From contig NW_024704743.1 of assembly GCF_018977255.1 (NCBI RefSeq), forward strand, positions 101,930,001 to 101,994,000: DNA of 64,000 bases. The letters run 5' to 3'. Shown here in pieces: positions 1 to 10,559 of this stretch; within the stretch, counting starts at the first letter, position 1; every line of letters starts with the position of its first letter. The stretch comes from Callorhinchus milii (lineage: Eukaryota). The notes under the pieces are model-generated. The model was not told where the DNA came from. It ran no database searches and worked only from the letters and a program-made list of their open reading frames with translations. A program made the position numbers and the translations under genes.

Positions 1-34
1 TTAATTTATTCCATTAAATCAAATAACTTCTAAC

Positions 35-415
35 TGCATGAGTGGATAAATACATTTTGTGGTGTGGTGTTGCCCATAGAGACTAGAAAGCACCAAGGTG
101 AACCTAGCTGCATTCAGCTGGGGCGGCAACAGAGTTTGTACAGTTGGCTTCAAAAGCCTTGGGTGAAGGAGGAGAACAATCAACCAGAGCTCCCATTCCC
201 AATCACTATTCAGTGACCTTTGCTGGAATTTGTGTGTGGAAGTCGAATCAGAACATAACTGGGTCTCAGCTGTGGTCTCCATGATTCACTCGGCTGACAA
301 CATGCATTAGTCTCACACATGAAGAATAACTACTGGAGCAAGGTACTGGAGGTGCCTTTGGTGTTGATGCCTGTTGAGCTTAATCCAGCAAGAGCCAAGG
401 CCTGCGGGAAGGGTA
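35..415 (+). mobile_element. Ancient, decayed SINE-like interspersed repeat (family not named)
   Basis: Shares the block AATCA(A/G)C(C/T)AG(A/G)G and flanking colinear similarity with related segments at ~13930-14140 and ~43960-44280; no coding signal. Confidence 0.4.
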
Positions 416-647
416 ACATATATTGTAACTATTAAAATTACGATATTTCTTAAAATATTCAATAACAAACAAATCTGCCTGAAAGCATTGCATTTGCACA
501 TATCTAAGTTCACCAAATTCATGTTTGATCTGAAAGGAGAGCTCCACATATATAAACCACATAGAAATATTGAACACATAGAAATAACCCTGTTTTGGGA
601 ATGGAGTACACTTTCTCCCCGGAGGGACACAACTTGTTTTAAAATAC

Positions 648-1110
648 AATACAAACTTACATTTATATAGCACCATATTGGGAGGATTCTCAACCCTGGA
701 TAATCTAAGGTTTGCACCTTAGCTGGGAGTGGGGGCCAAGGGTTGTGAGGGGGAAGATGAGGGAAGGGGCAAAATGAAGGGCGTCCTGGATGGATGTTTA
801 GAGAATGGGGGCAGATATGATGAAAGCCTGAACGCTGATGGTGGGGCAGACTAAGCAGGGAATGTGAAGCAGGGCAGTTCTCCCTGAGAGGATGGAGCGA
901 CCGGATTGATAAGGTGTGAGGAGAATGATGAGATTGAATAACATAAGTCCATGGACAGATTTAAAGGTTCAAGACGAGGATCTTGAATTAGATCTGGGAC
1001 CCAGTGTTGCTGGGTGAGGATGGAGGTGAGATAGGTTTGTGGAACCTACAGTGGGAAACGACAGTAGCTGCAGAGTTCTGGATAGTCTACAACTTGTGAA
1101 GAGAAGAGGA
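648..1110 (-). mobile_element. Decayed L2 LINE 3' fragment
   Basis: Reverse-complement tail (ACATTTATATAGCACC) followed by GAGGATCTTGAA (FKIL) and GCTGCAGAGTTCTGGAT (IQNSAA) remnants. Confidence 0.7.
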
Positions 1111-1869
1111 TGGGAGCAGAGTGAGCAGAGACTTGGTGTAATCTATCTTGGATGTGACAAATATAAATTATGGAAAATATTAAGTGCAGGATGGCAGGAG
1201 CCAAGAGTTGGGAAGCCCAAAGTGTGTGTTGGGGAACTGCTAGGATTCAACTACCTAAATTACACAGCTTACTTTGGAATACTGTGGACCTGCCTGGCTC
1301 AGGAACTGGACGACTGAGACTGCCACAGAAAATCAAATCCAATCCAATCCAATATTTCATTGTCATGAACGTCACCTTGGAGCCAGGTCAACCCTGAAGA
1401 GACCCCACTGCCTCCTCCCCAAGAAGGACAATGGTAATTGGAAGGGAGGGAGAAAGAGTACATGGTGAGAATGTGAATGTATTTTGCTTATTTCAAGTAC
1501 AAAATATTCAGTCACTGCACTTCAAATAAATCTTGTGAAGCGCTCTGAGATGTCCTTCCATGAATATATCAAATGCAAGAATTATTATTTATTATGAATT
1601 TTTCTGACTGCAGATCTGGCACTCCCAAGTTGAAAATAGCTTGGACTGGCCGTAACCTTAACATGCCCTACATTTTTCTTGTTTCATAGTTGCATTTCAT
1701 CTATTTTGTGCTATGTACTCATGCCCACCAGAAAAAGGATTAACACAGCCCACATATGACAAGAGGATGGAAAGAGAATTTTCACATCCTGAGTCTGAGG
1801 CTAGATTTCATGACACAGGAAGTTGCATCTAATGCACACTCTTAAACACTGTTTTTGCTATGTTGTCTT

Positions 1870-2012
1870 GCCCACTAGAAACTCAACTGAGACATCATAT
1901 CAAGTAGGGCACTTGCAGTCAGCACAGAGAAGATTTGTTTTCCATCTGCCCAGTTAGATGCAATCCTGCGTCCCAGAGTTGAAACGTCATTGTGCAAATC
2001 AATATGCCAGCC
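1870..2012 (-). mobile_element. LF-SINE-like 5' fragment
   Basis: CCACTAGAAACTCAACTGAGAC and CCCAGAGTTGAAA resemble the reverse complement of the LF-SINE 5' half as I recall it; highly diverged. Confidence 0.4.
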
Positions 2013-2024
2013 GTTTTGCCTCTT

Positions 2025-2220
2025 CAATCCCCCAGATAAAAAAAAAGGTACAATTGATTGTCAATTCGTGGCTGTTTGAGGGACATTGGTGCATGCAAAT
2101 TGGCTACCACTTTTGCCTGCAAAGTACACAGTCATGACACTTTACTGTGAATCCTGTGAGGCAGTTTTGTGGCAGCCTCCCTACATGAAAGGTGCTATAC
2201 CAAATGCAAGGATTATTATT
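2025..2220 (+). mobile_element. SacSINE1/DeuSINE-like SINE, 3' half
   Basis: GGCTGTTTGAGGGACATTGG..GCAAATTGGCTACC core and GTGCTATACCAAATGCAAGGATTATTATT tail. Confidence 0.8.
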
Positions 2221-2247
2221 TCAAATTTTCTGTAAATCTCGTAAATT

Positions 2248-2568
2248 GTGGAGACCTGTAGCTCAGTGGTTAGAGCACTCGCTTTGCAAGCGAGAGACCT
2301 GAGTTCAATTCCAGGCAGGGCGAAACCTTGGGCAAGTTTCCTTACTCCACACGCCTAATAATAATCCCTCCAAAAACCAAAAACAATAATTAAATTGGTC
2401 ATTTTCAATCTACGACTGTTTGTGGGACATTGCTGTGCGCAATTGGTTGCCGCGTTCACCCACAAATATACAGTCACTTTACAGTGTGTTCTGTGAAGCG
2501 CTTTGGGACTTCCTCCTGACGTGAAAAGCGCTATATCAAATGCAAGGACTATTATTATTATTATTATT
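2248..2568 (+). mobile_element. Full-length young tRNA-Ala-headed SINE (family A)
   Basis: A box TAGCTCAGTGG, anticodon arm CTCGC-TTTGCAA-GCGAG (TGC), B box GTTCAATTCC, GCTGTGCGCAATTGG core, (ATT)n tail; near-identical copies at 15621, 19638, 21009 and 51441. Confidence 0.95.
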
Positions 2569-3757
2569 GTTGTTGAACTGCAAAATTGGAAGAAGACTCT
2601 CATTTCAACAATGAAGCACGGATCTCCTTAATATTAAATAACAAAAATATAAAGCTAATTTTAAACAGTCACATGCACATTCATTATTGATGCTGTCAGC
2701 CATTTCTGTGAGTTGCTATCCTCAGGTCAACTGAATCAGATCGAGCTCATTGTGGATTACTTATCTCACAATATGCGCCGTAAGCTGCACTGGTCCTGAC
2801 TAAGTAGATATTTGTCAACGATGTGAATTGAAAGCCGGCCAACCAGCAGTATTTTTGTTTACATGGGCAATTTTTCAAATCACTGTATCAACAAAAGGAA
2901 AAATAATATGCAAAAAAAAGGAAAAGCTAGCAGCCAGACGGATACCAGGCCATCTTAAAGTACTTCACAGGATTTTACTGTAAACTGTAACGATGTAGTA
3001 CCTTAGTGTAGGCAAATGCTGCAGTCAATTTGCACACAGCAAAGTTCTACAGATAGCCTTGAAGTAAATGACTAATTTTTATTTGGAGTATTCTTGGCTG
3101 GGACACTGGGAGAATTATACATAATACTATAAAGAATTGTAGTGTTTCTTGAATATGAAAATATGCTTCTAAATTGAAGTCGGTATCTGATAAAGCAGAT
3201 ACATCGCGTTCTGCGATTGGCAGCAATAGCAGATCCGCTCCACAGTCACAAAAAACATTTTTTTGAGCTTTGGGACCGAACATTATCCCAGGGTCAAAGA
3301 GCGGAAAGAGAAGATGCGGGAGGGATTGATATCCTGCAGCATTGAATAACTGTTGACTATTTTTGAACAATTATTTTTGTAATGTGATAATTAATCTGCA
3401 GCACTCTGAGACACTATACTAAAGGGGTGAAGGGGTCTTCATAAATGCAGGTTGTTGTAGCATTACTGGTAATCACTGATACTAATCAGCAATCACAAGT
3501 TGCATATTTCACCCTGAACTGTATTCCATTCTTATGAACTGTGGATTATTAGTCAATAATCCGGCAGTGACTGAGTTATGATTATTACTTCTTATGACAA
3601 CACAATCATCTTCACTTGTCCAACATCAAAGAGTTTTGCAGGCCCATGACAATATACTTGTTTGTGGTTCTTGCTGCTTGTTTGATCTTGAAATTTGGCA
3701 CTAATGTGCAATAATAAAGAGAATTACAAAGAGTAACTGAAGAAACGAGAGAGATTC

Positions 3758-4275
3758 CAACAACAACAACTTAAATTTTTATAGCGCCTTCCATGACGGG
3801 CAGCATCCCAGAATGCTTAACAATGGTGGAGCCTGATGCCGAGCCAAGGGGAGGGGGAAGGTGACTGTAGGCATGGTCGAAGAAGAAGGTCTTCAGGTAC
3901 AACCTGAAAATGGGGAAAGAGGGGGCAAGGCAAAGGAATTGAGGGAGGGAGTTCCATAGCTTTGGGGCGTAGTGGCTGAAGGCATGACCGAGAATGGTGG
4001 AATGAAGAATTCGAGGGACAAGGAGGAGGCCGGAGCCAATAGAGCCGAGGCAGCAGGTAGTGCTATGCGGAGAGAAGAGGTTGGAAAGGTAGGGTGGGGT
4101 GCCAAGACGTGGAGGGATTTAAACACAAGACTGAGGATCTTGAAGTCGATCCACTTTGTGACAGGGAGCCAGTGGAGTTTTGCAAGAACTGGGGTAATTG
4201 GGGTGTGGAGTTTAGTGTGGATGAGAATGCAGGAGGTGGAGTTTTGGATGAGTTGCATTTTGGATGAGTTGAATT
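3758..4275 (-). mobile_element. L2 LINE, 5'-truncated
   Basis: ORF 3893-4258 translates [31 protein letters not shown]; (TTG)n tail at 3758. Confidence 0.9.
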
Positions 4276-4724
4276 CCAGTACATGTTAGAGCTTCACACT
4301 CTAGCATGGAGCACTCCAATGGGTAACAAGTCGGTTAAGTTGGTTTTGCTATAACTTTTCTCATAACTGATCACCTTGAAAATGGCTTAGTAAGGTTCCA
4401 GAAGGGAACAGGTCCCCAGGGATAGGTTATAAAGGCTCAATTAAATGTCGCGGCCATTGCTGACTCTCCTGGTCAACAGACAACCAGAGACCTGCTGCCG
4501 TGTGACGTCACATCCTTTGAATTTCTCAGCCTGGACTGACTGGGACTGTAAGATTGTCCCCTTCTCCCCATGACGACCCATGCCAGTGGGATAACCATGC
4601 CTAGTCGCCCCTCACCAGGCCCCTTTCCCTCTAAGTCTCAGCGTGCGCATTTTGGCTGCCGCCACCAACCCAAGCTGCTTCCCCAAAATGTTTCCACCCC
4701 TGTCCTCTACCCTCCATTGCTCCT

Positions 4725-5563
4725 GCTTGTCAACAAAACCGAGGCTCTCCTGATTGGCTTCCATCAGCACCTCCACACCTCAAGCGCTGACAGCGTCACC
4801 ATCCATAGTTGCACACTCCACTTTGCTAAGACAGTCCGGAACCTTGGCATCTTGCTTAACCCTCAACTATTCTTTCTACCCCACACCCTTGCCATGACCC
4901 GCTCTGCCTTCCCCACCTCCACAACATCACCGTCTCTGCCACTGTCTCACACCGCAGGCCGCTGAAACCTTCATACATGCATTCATAACATCAATGCTTG
5001 ACTATGCAAACTCACTGCTTGTTGGTCTCCCCAACTCCTCCCTCCATGGGCTGCAGATCATCCAGAACTCTGCAGCCTGTGTCCTCTCCCACACCAGGCT
5101 CCGTGATCCTATCACCCCCATTCTCTCCCGCCTCCACTGGCTTCCTAGCACATAGAGGATACAGTTCAAGATCCTGGTCCTCACCTTCAAAGGCCTCCAT
5201 GGTTTTGTTCCTCCCTACTATCCTGCCCGCTCCCTCCGCTCAGCAGGTTCCGGCCTGCTTCACATCCCCCACCTCACCCGCCCACACCATTGGCGGTCGG
5301 GCCTTCTACCAGTCTGCCCCCACCCTCTGGAACTCCATCCCGCAGTCCCTCCGCCTCGCCCTCTCCCTTGCCTCCTTCAAGTTCTATCTCAAGATCTTCC
5401 TCTTCAACCGTACTCTCAATCACCCTGCCTCCCCCACTGCCCTCCACCTTCCCCAATTCCAACCCCCAGCTCGGGTCTGAAATATTTACTGTACGGCACC
5501 TTGGCATTTCCTCTCGACTTAAAAGGCGCTTTCCATGTGTAATTTTGTTGTTGCTGTTGTTGT
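4725..5563 (+). mobile_element. L2 LINE 3' region (end of RT plus C-terminus), frameshifted
   Basis: NKTEALLIG..VRNLGI..; TIGGRAF..APTLWNSIP; AAAGGCGCT and (TTG)n tail. Confidence 0.9.
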
Positions 5564-6475
5564 AAGGCTGCTGTCCGGTTCCCTACATAGCAATTGAGGA
5601 AGGAGGATCAAGGTTGAGGTGTGGATAAAGTGAGAGAATATTGTCTGTGGAATGAGGAAGGCTAGGATTGAATAAGAGCAATGAGGGATAGATAAATATT
5701 CTAGAGATTTTGATTAACTATAGATTTCTTTATGTGGGTTGCATCCGCAAGTGAAACTTTCCGTCTGGTTTGGATATTCTAACCAAACCACCACCAGATG
5801 TCATTGTTGCACTGTAAAAAGAAGTGTTTTGCATGGCTCCAAAATGTATTAATGATGATATCTAAAGATGAGACTAAATTAAAACCCTGCTGGGTGAAGT
5901 GCAATAATGTAGGCAGTTCACCCACAAGGAACAAGAGCGTTTGAAATATTCTTTCAAGCCCATCTCAATTATGTATTTCAATAATGGTAAATGTTTTGCT
6001 TCATAATGGAGTCCTCCAGTTTATGTTCAGGATTTTATAGACTCTGAGACAGCACTTTACTACAGCTCTGAAATATTATCAAGAAATTGGCTAACCTTCA
6101 TTTGATGCGACAATATAAAATATCTAAAGGAAAAAATGGTACCACCCTGTAATGCATTGAAATAGATCTGTTTTTCTTTTAATTTAAATGGAGATCATTG
6201 CTTTATCTTGCTTGGCTGGGGCTCAGTAAAAATATCAGTGATGCATGTTTTTAATTTTTTCTGTGTAATTTAGCAACGTGAAGATTTATTTATAATCTGA
6301 ACCACGGTTTATAATCATATCCAGTCTTCTTAAGAATAACCTGAATTCAAATACGCACCTGCATGACAGTAATTATAGTATCCGTATAGACTATCACAGA
6401 TTGTCAACAGCATTCGTCAAGTAAACTCTCATTGCCAAATCAATCTGAAGTTTGACATTTTAAATTGGCAAATTG

Positions 6476-7038
6476 AATAATAATAACAATAATCCTAGCA
6501 TTTGATGCAGTGCATTTCACATCGTGAGGAGGTTTCAAAACATGTCACAGAATATATTGTAAACTATAGTGACTGTGTATTTTGTAGATACACATGCTGG
6601 CCAATTGGCACACAGTAATATCTCACAAAGCAGCCGTGAATGAGTAACCAATTTTATCTGTGGAATTGTTGGCAAGGATACCAGAAGAAACTCTATTCAC
6701 TTTTCGTATAGAACCATGGGACCCTTACAGTCCACCTGAACCGACCATCAATGATTTAACGTTTCATCCAAAGGACGCACCTCCGACAACAATAATAATA
6801 ATAATCCTTGCATTTGATATAGCGCCTTGTTACATTTTCTAGACATCTCAAAGCGCTTCACAGAAAATACTGTAAAGTGAATTGACTGTATATTTTGTCG
6901 GTGACAATGCAACACCCAACCGTATTACATTGATGTGTCAGCCAAGACCGTATGAATTCATATCCTGACATAGGGCTTGAACCCACAACCATCTGACTCA
7001 GATGCATGCATGCTACCAACTGAGCCAGGCTGACACTT
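6476..7038 (-). mobile_element. Near full-length SacSINE1-like SINE with a nested SINE 3' fragment (~6786-6930)
   Basis: Tail at 6476, internal CCATGGGA..TCCACCTGAAC block, head CCAACTGAGCCAGGCTGAC at ~7016-7034; a second (AAT)n tail starts inside at ~6789. Confidence 0.8.
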
Positions 7039-7544
7039 GCTGATTTGTCATCCTTCATTATGGCCATCAAGTGAAATATATAAGAAAGCATGAAGAAAGA
7101 GAGAGAGCAGGCAATCCTCCCTACTGTTTCCTGATCCAGTGGAACATAATGGCACATCATATCCCATTGAATTTTGGATTAGTTAAGCCTGCGTCTCTTC
7201 CTGTAAGTAAGTACTGTTCTCGATCAGATATTTATCAAGCTTTCCTAGATCCTTTAAAATAAATGTGTAAATTTTGATTGTGTGTCATATAAATCTACAC
7301 TTACAAACCACATCAAAAAAGCCCTTACATCTAAATTATTCATGCCTCTCAGCATTTAAAAGACCTAGCTTTGGTCTTTCCTCAAACTTTTTTCCCAATT
7401 AAAAACAAGTCATGTATTAATATCCTTTAACAGGTAAGGTTTCAAACTGCATTCCATCTCTCAAATGTGAACTCACCAGTGATCTATTTGAGGTTAGAAT
7501 AAAACAAGCTTCAATTTACAGTAAATGGTCCTTGTGACTATTCA

Positions 7545-7800
7545 AAGTTCCCATTCCTCCCTACACAAGTTGCATACCATCCAGAACTCTGCAGCCCATG
7601 TCCTCCCTCAAATGAGTCTATGCTCCACTGGCTGTCCATTCCCAGTCTATCAAATTTGGGGTTCTCATATCATGTTCAACTCCCTCCATGGCCTTGCCCT
7701 TCACTATCTGTAATCTCCCTGCAACTATACGTCTCTGGCCGCTCCCTCCCCTCAGAAAAATTCTATCCTGGAGTCCATCCACTTCATACCCTCTCCTCTC
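7545..7800 (+). mobile_element. Decayed L2 fragment
   Basis: SSLHKLHTIQNSAAHVL and LHWL..SLHGLA remnants in ORFs 7525 and 7620. Confidence 0.75.
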
Positions 7801-8191
7801 ATCTTTAACCACTTTAATACTCACCTGCAACAATTTCTCAAAATGTAAGAGTTGATGTTGTTGAGCTGGAGTCTAATATTTAATTAGGTAATTTAATTGT
7901 TGCCGACAGTATCGGGCCTACTGAAGAGTTTAATGTAATGATTAATAATCCCACCTAAATCCTTTCCTTTTCCTCCTTTGCTAATGGGCACCATTCAATA
8001 TCTGCATATGTTTCCTGTTTCAATATGCATTGCTTTAGATTTATTCACATTAAACTCCATCTGTCCTTATCCAGCTCATCTGTTTAGTTGGTCCAGATAT
8101 CTTTGAATGCTATTCATCTCGCTTATCCTTGTCACTTAGTATAATATGCACATTTTAAAATATTACAAGTTTGTTCTACAAATATTTTTTG

Positions 8192-8340
8192 AATAATAAT
8201 CCCTACAATTAATATAGCATCTTTCACATCGAGAGAATGTCTTTAAGCACTTCACAGGATATATTGTAACTTATTTTGACTATATTTTGAAGGTGAACAC
8301 AGTAGCCAATTTAGAATAACAGCATCTTACCGACAACCTT
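8192..8340 (-). mobile_element. SacSINE1-like SINE 3' half
   Basis: AATAATAATCC tail, AAGCACTTCACAGGA, GTAGCCAATTT; stops exactly where U6 begins. Confidence 0.75.
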
Positions 8341-8444
8341 GTGCTCGCTTTGGCAGCACATGTATTACAATTGGAAACATACAGATAAAATTCCTATGGC
8401 CCCTGCACAAAGCTGGCGTGCAGATTTATGAAATGTTGCATATT
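8341..8444 (+). pseudogene. U6: Full-length U6 snRNA pseudogene
   Basis: Ungapped hand alignment to vertebrate U6 (GTGCTCGCTTCGGCAGCACA...CCATATT) gives about 81/104 identities. ACAGAGA box is mutated to ACAGATA and the AGC triad to CCT. Upstream sequence is a SINE, not a PSE/TATA promoter. Confidence 0.95.
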
Positions 8445-8448
8445 GTGG

Positions 8449-8698
8449 GTCAACGTGGCTCAGTTGATTAGCACTTTCACCTCTGAGTCACATGATTTGA
8501 AGCTCCAAGTCAAGATTGTGAACTCCACTCCAATGCTGAGAAAGTGTTGGATTATCAAAAATGCCATTCTTCAGATAAGACATTAAACTATGCCTATTCA
8601 AGTGGATGTTAAAGATCCAATGCACTGTTTGAAAAGAGAATAGAGTTTCTTCTGGTGCCTTGGCCAACAATCCTCCAAATAGAATTGTTCATTTACTT
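8449..8698 (+). mobile_element. SacSINE1-like SINE 5' half directly after U6
   Basis: Head GTCAACGTGGCTCAGTTGATTAGCAC..CTCTGAGTCA; body GTGGATGTTAAAGATCC..TGGCCAACAATCC; no tail. Confidence 0.85.
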
Positions 8699-8830
8699 GG
8701 GAAACACTGGGGGAAACTTCTTTCTCTTTTCGAATAGTGTCATGGGATCTTTAACTTGGATGGGCAGATATGACATTGGTTTAACATCCAATTTAAAGCA
8801 CAGGATCTCCAACAATACAGTTTTCCCCTC
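8699..8830 (-). mobile_element. SacSINE1-like internal fragment
   Basis: GAAACTTCTTTCTCTTTTCGAATAGTGTCATGGGATCTTTAAC is the reverse complement of the family body. Confidence 0.75.
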
Positions 8831-9454
8831 CCCCAACATGAATGGTACCTAGCACTGGCCATTGATGAATTCCCTGCTCAGTAAGAGTTTTTCCATCCAT
8901 CATCACTCTCTACTTCCAGTTGCTCAACTAACCTTGAATCGAGACAACTAAGTAGCCATTAATTGCATTATTCTTGATCTTTTAAAACCTTTTTCGGTTA
9001 AGGTTTTAAAGTGTAGAGAAAAAATAAAACCCCCCATGAGATTCACAAAACTAAAGCAATGACTAATCCAGATCTATATCTTTATTTCTATCAAGAAACA
9101 ATAATTGGCATTTCATCTTGTTTCACTAACAAGATTTAAGGATAACTTAAAATAATTTGATTTGACCATTTAAATCATTTTGATCTCAATTCCACGGAGA
9201 TAAAACCTTTAGATATTATCAAACGTATATGTGCAGGCTGACGATAAAATTCCAGAGACAAAAACATATCCATCCTTCAGATGCGATGTTAAACTGAGGT
9301 CCCAAATGTCTGTTCAGATGGATGTTAAGGATCCCATGATAATATTCAAAAAGTGAAGGGAGTTTCTCCCAGTGTCCTGGCCAACAATCAACCAGATAAA
9401 CATTGCTATTCACTTCCTGACTGTTTGAGGGACATTCTTGTACAAAAATTGTTG

Positions 9455-9730
9455 GAAATATAACACCTTTCACACCGGGAAGATGTTTCTAATTGTTTCA
9501 CAGGTTTGTACTGTAAAGTGTTGTGACTGTATTTTATGGATGAACGCAACAACCAATTTATGCACGGCATTGTCCCACAACCAGACGTAAAGTGAATAAT
9601 CATTTGTTTTATTTGTGAGATTGCTGACAGGATTTCGAGAAACACTCCATTCTCTTTTCAATTAATGCCGTAGGATCTTTAACGTCCACCTGAAAAGTGG
9701 ATTAGATGTCAGTTTAAAGTATCATCTAAT
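9455..9730 (-). mobile_element. SacSINE1-like SINE 3' two-thirds
   Basis: Tail CACCTTTCAC, TGTCCCACAA core, GGATCTTTAACGTCCACCTG; a plus-strand fragment of the same family lies at ~9265-9440. Confidence 0.75.
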
Positions 9731-9741
9731 TACCATCCTTC

Positions 9742-10046
9742 AGTTCTGTAGCTCAGTGGTTCGAGCGCTCGTCTTGGAAGTGAGACACCTGGGTTCGATT
9801 CCTAGCAGGGTGAAACCTCGGACAAGTTTCCTTAATCCACACGCCTGATAATAATCCCTCAAGAAAAAAAATAATTATTTGGTCATTTCAATCCACAACT
9901 GTTTGTGGGACACTGCTGTGTGCAATTGGCTGCCATGTTTCGCCCACAAATATACAGGCAATTCACTTTACAGTATATTCTGTGAAGCACTTTGAGACAT
10001 CTAGAAGATGTGAAAGGTGCTATATCAAATGCAAGGATTATTATTA
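9742..10046 (+). mobile_element. Full-length family A SINE (more diverged)
   Basis: TGTAGCTCAGTGGTT..GGGTTCGATTCC head, GGACAAGTTTCCTTA, (ATT)n tail. Confidence 0.9.
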
Positions 10047-10487
10047 TATATAATACAAGTATTGTTGCTGTTACTTACCTTCAATGATCTGAATATTCAG
10101 CCTATTTATGCACTGAACTGATGTCACAATATTGTTACCTCTTGATAATAATGATAATGAAAAAATAAGTTAATTGCATACTGTTGTAATTGTACTTATA
10201 GAAAAAAGCAACGTTACTATAAAGTGTGAAAGACACTATATGAGTTAATGTTTCATTTATGGTTTTATGGCACCTACCCTCTAGTGATTTACCCAAACCA
10301 TTCTTCTCAAGTTTTCTTACAGACTCTTATTTGCATTAGCTCCAGTGATAGACTGAAGCCTGGTAACTTATGCTTGGAAATTCTGCAGTGACGATGGTTC
10401 TAATATATCAAGTTACTAGAGTAGGTTAAACCAGGCTAATTTTCTGAGGAGATAAAACAGAGCTGAGACAATTATATAATATAATAT

Positions 10488-10559
10488 AATAATAATAATA
10501 ATAATAATCCTTGCATTTGATATAGTGCTTTTCACGTCCTTTAGACGTCTCAAAGTGCT
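10488..10559 (-). mobile_element. Heavily 5'-truncated SINE (tail only)
   Basis: (AAT)n CCTTGCATTTGATATAGTGCTTTTCACGTC..CAAAGTGCT. Confidence 0.85.

Noticed and set aside
2250..2325. tRNA-Ala(TGC) gene
   Set aside because: The T-stem pairs only with a bulge, there is no terminator, and it continues into a SINE body and tail repeated many times; it is a SINE head.
5791..5804. CTCF-like motifs (also 47426-47439)
   Set aside because: Each mismatches the conserved GGC of the core; one-mismatch hits are expected in 64 kb.
8341..8444. Functional U6 gene
   Set aside because: ACAGAGA box and AGC triad are mutated, there is no oligo-T terminator, and there is no upstream snRNA promoter.
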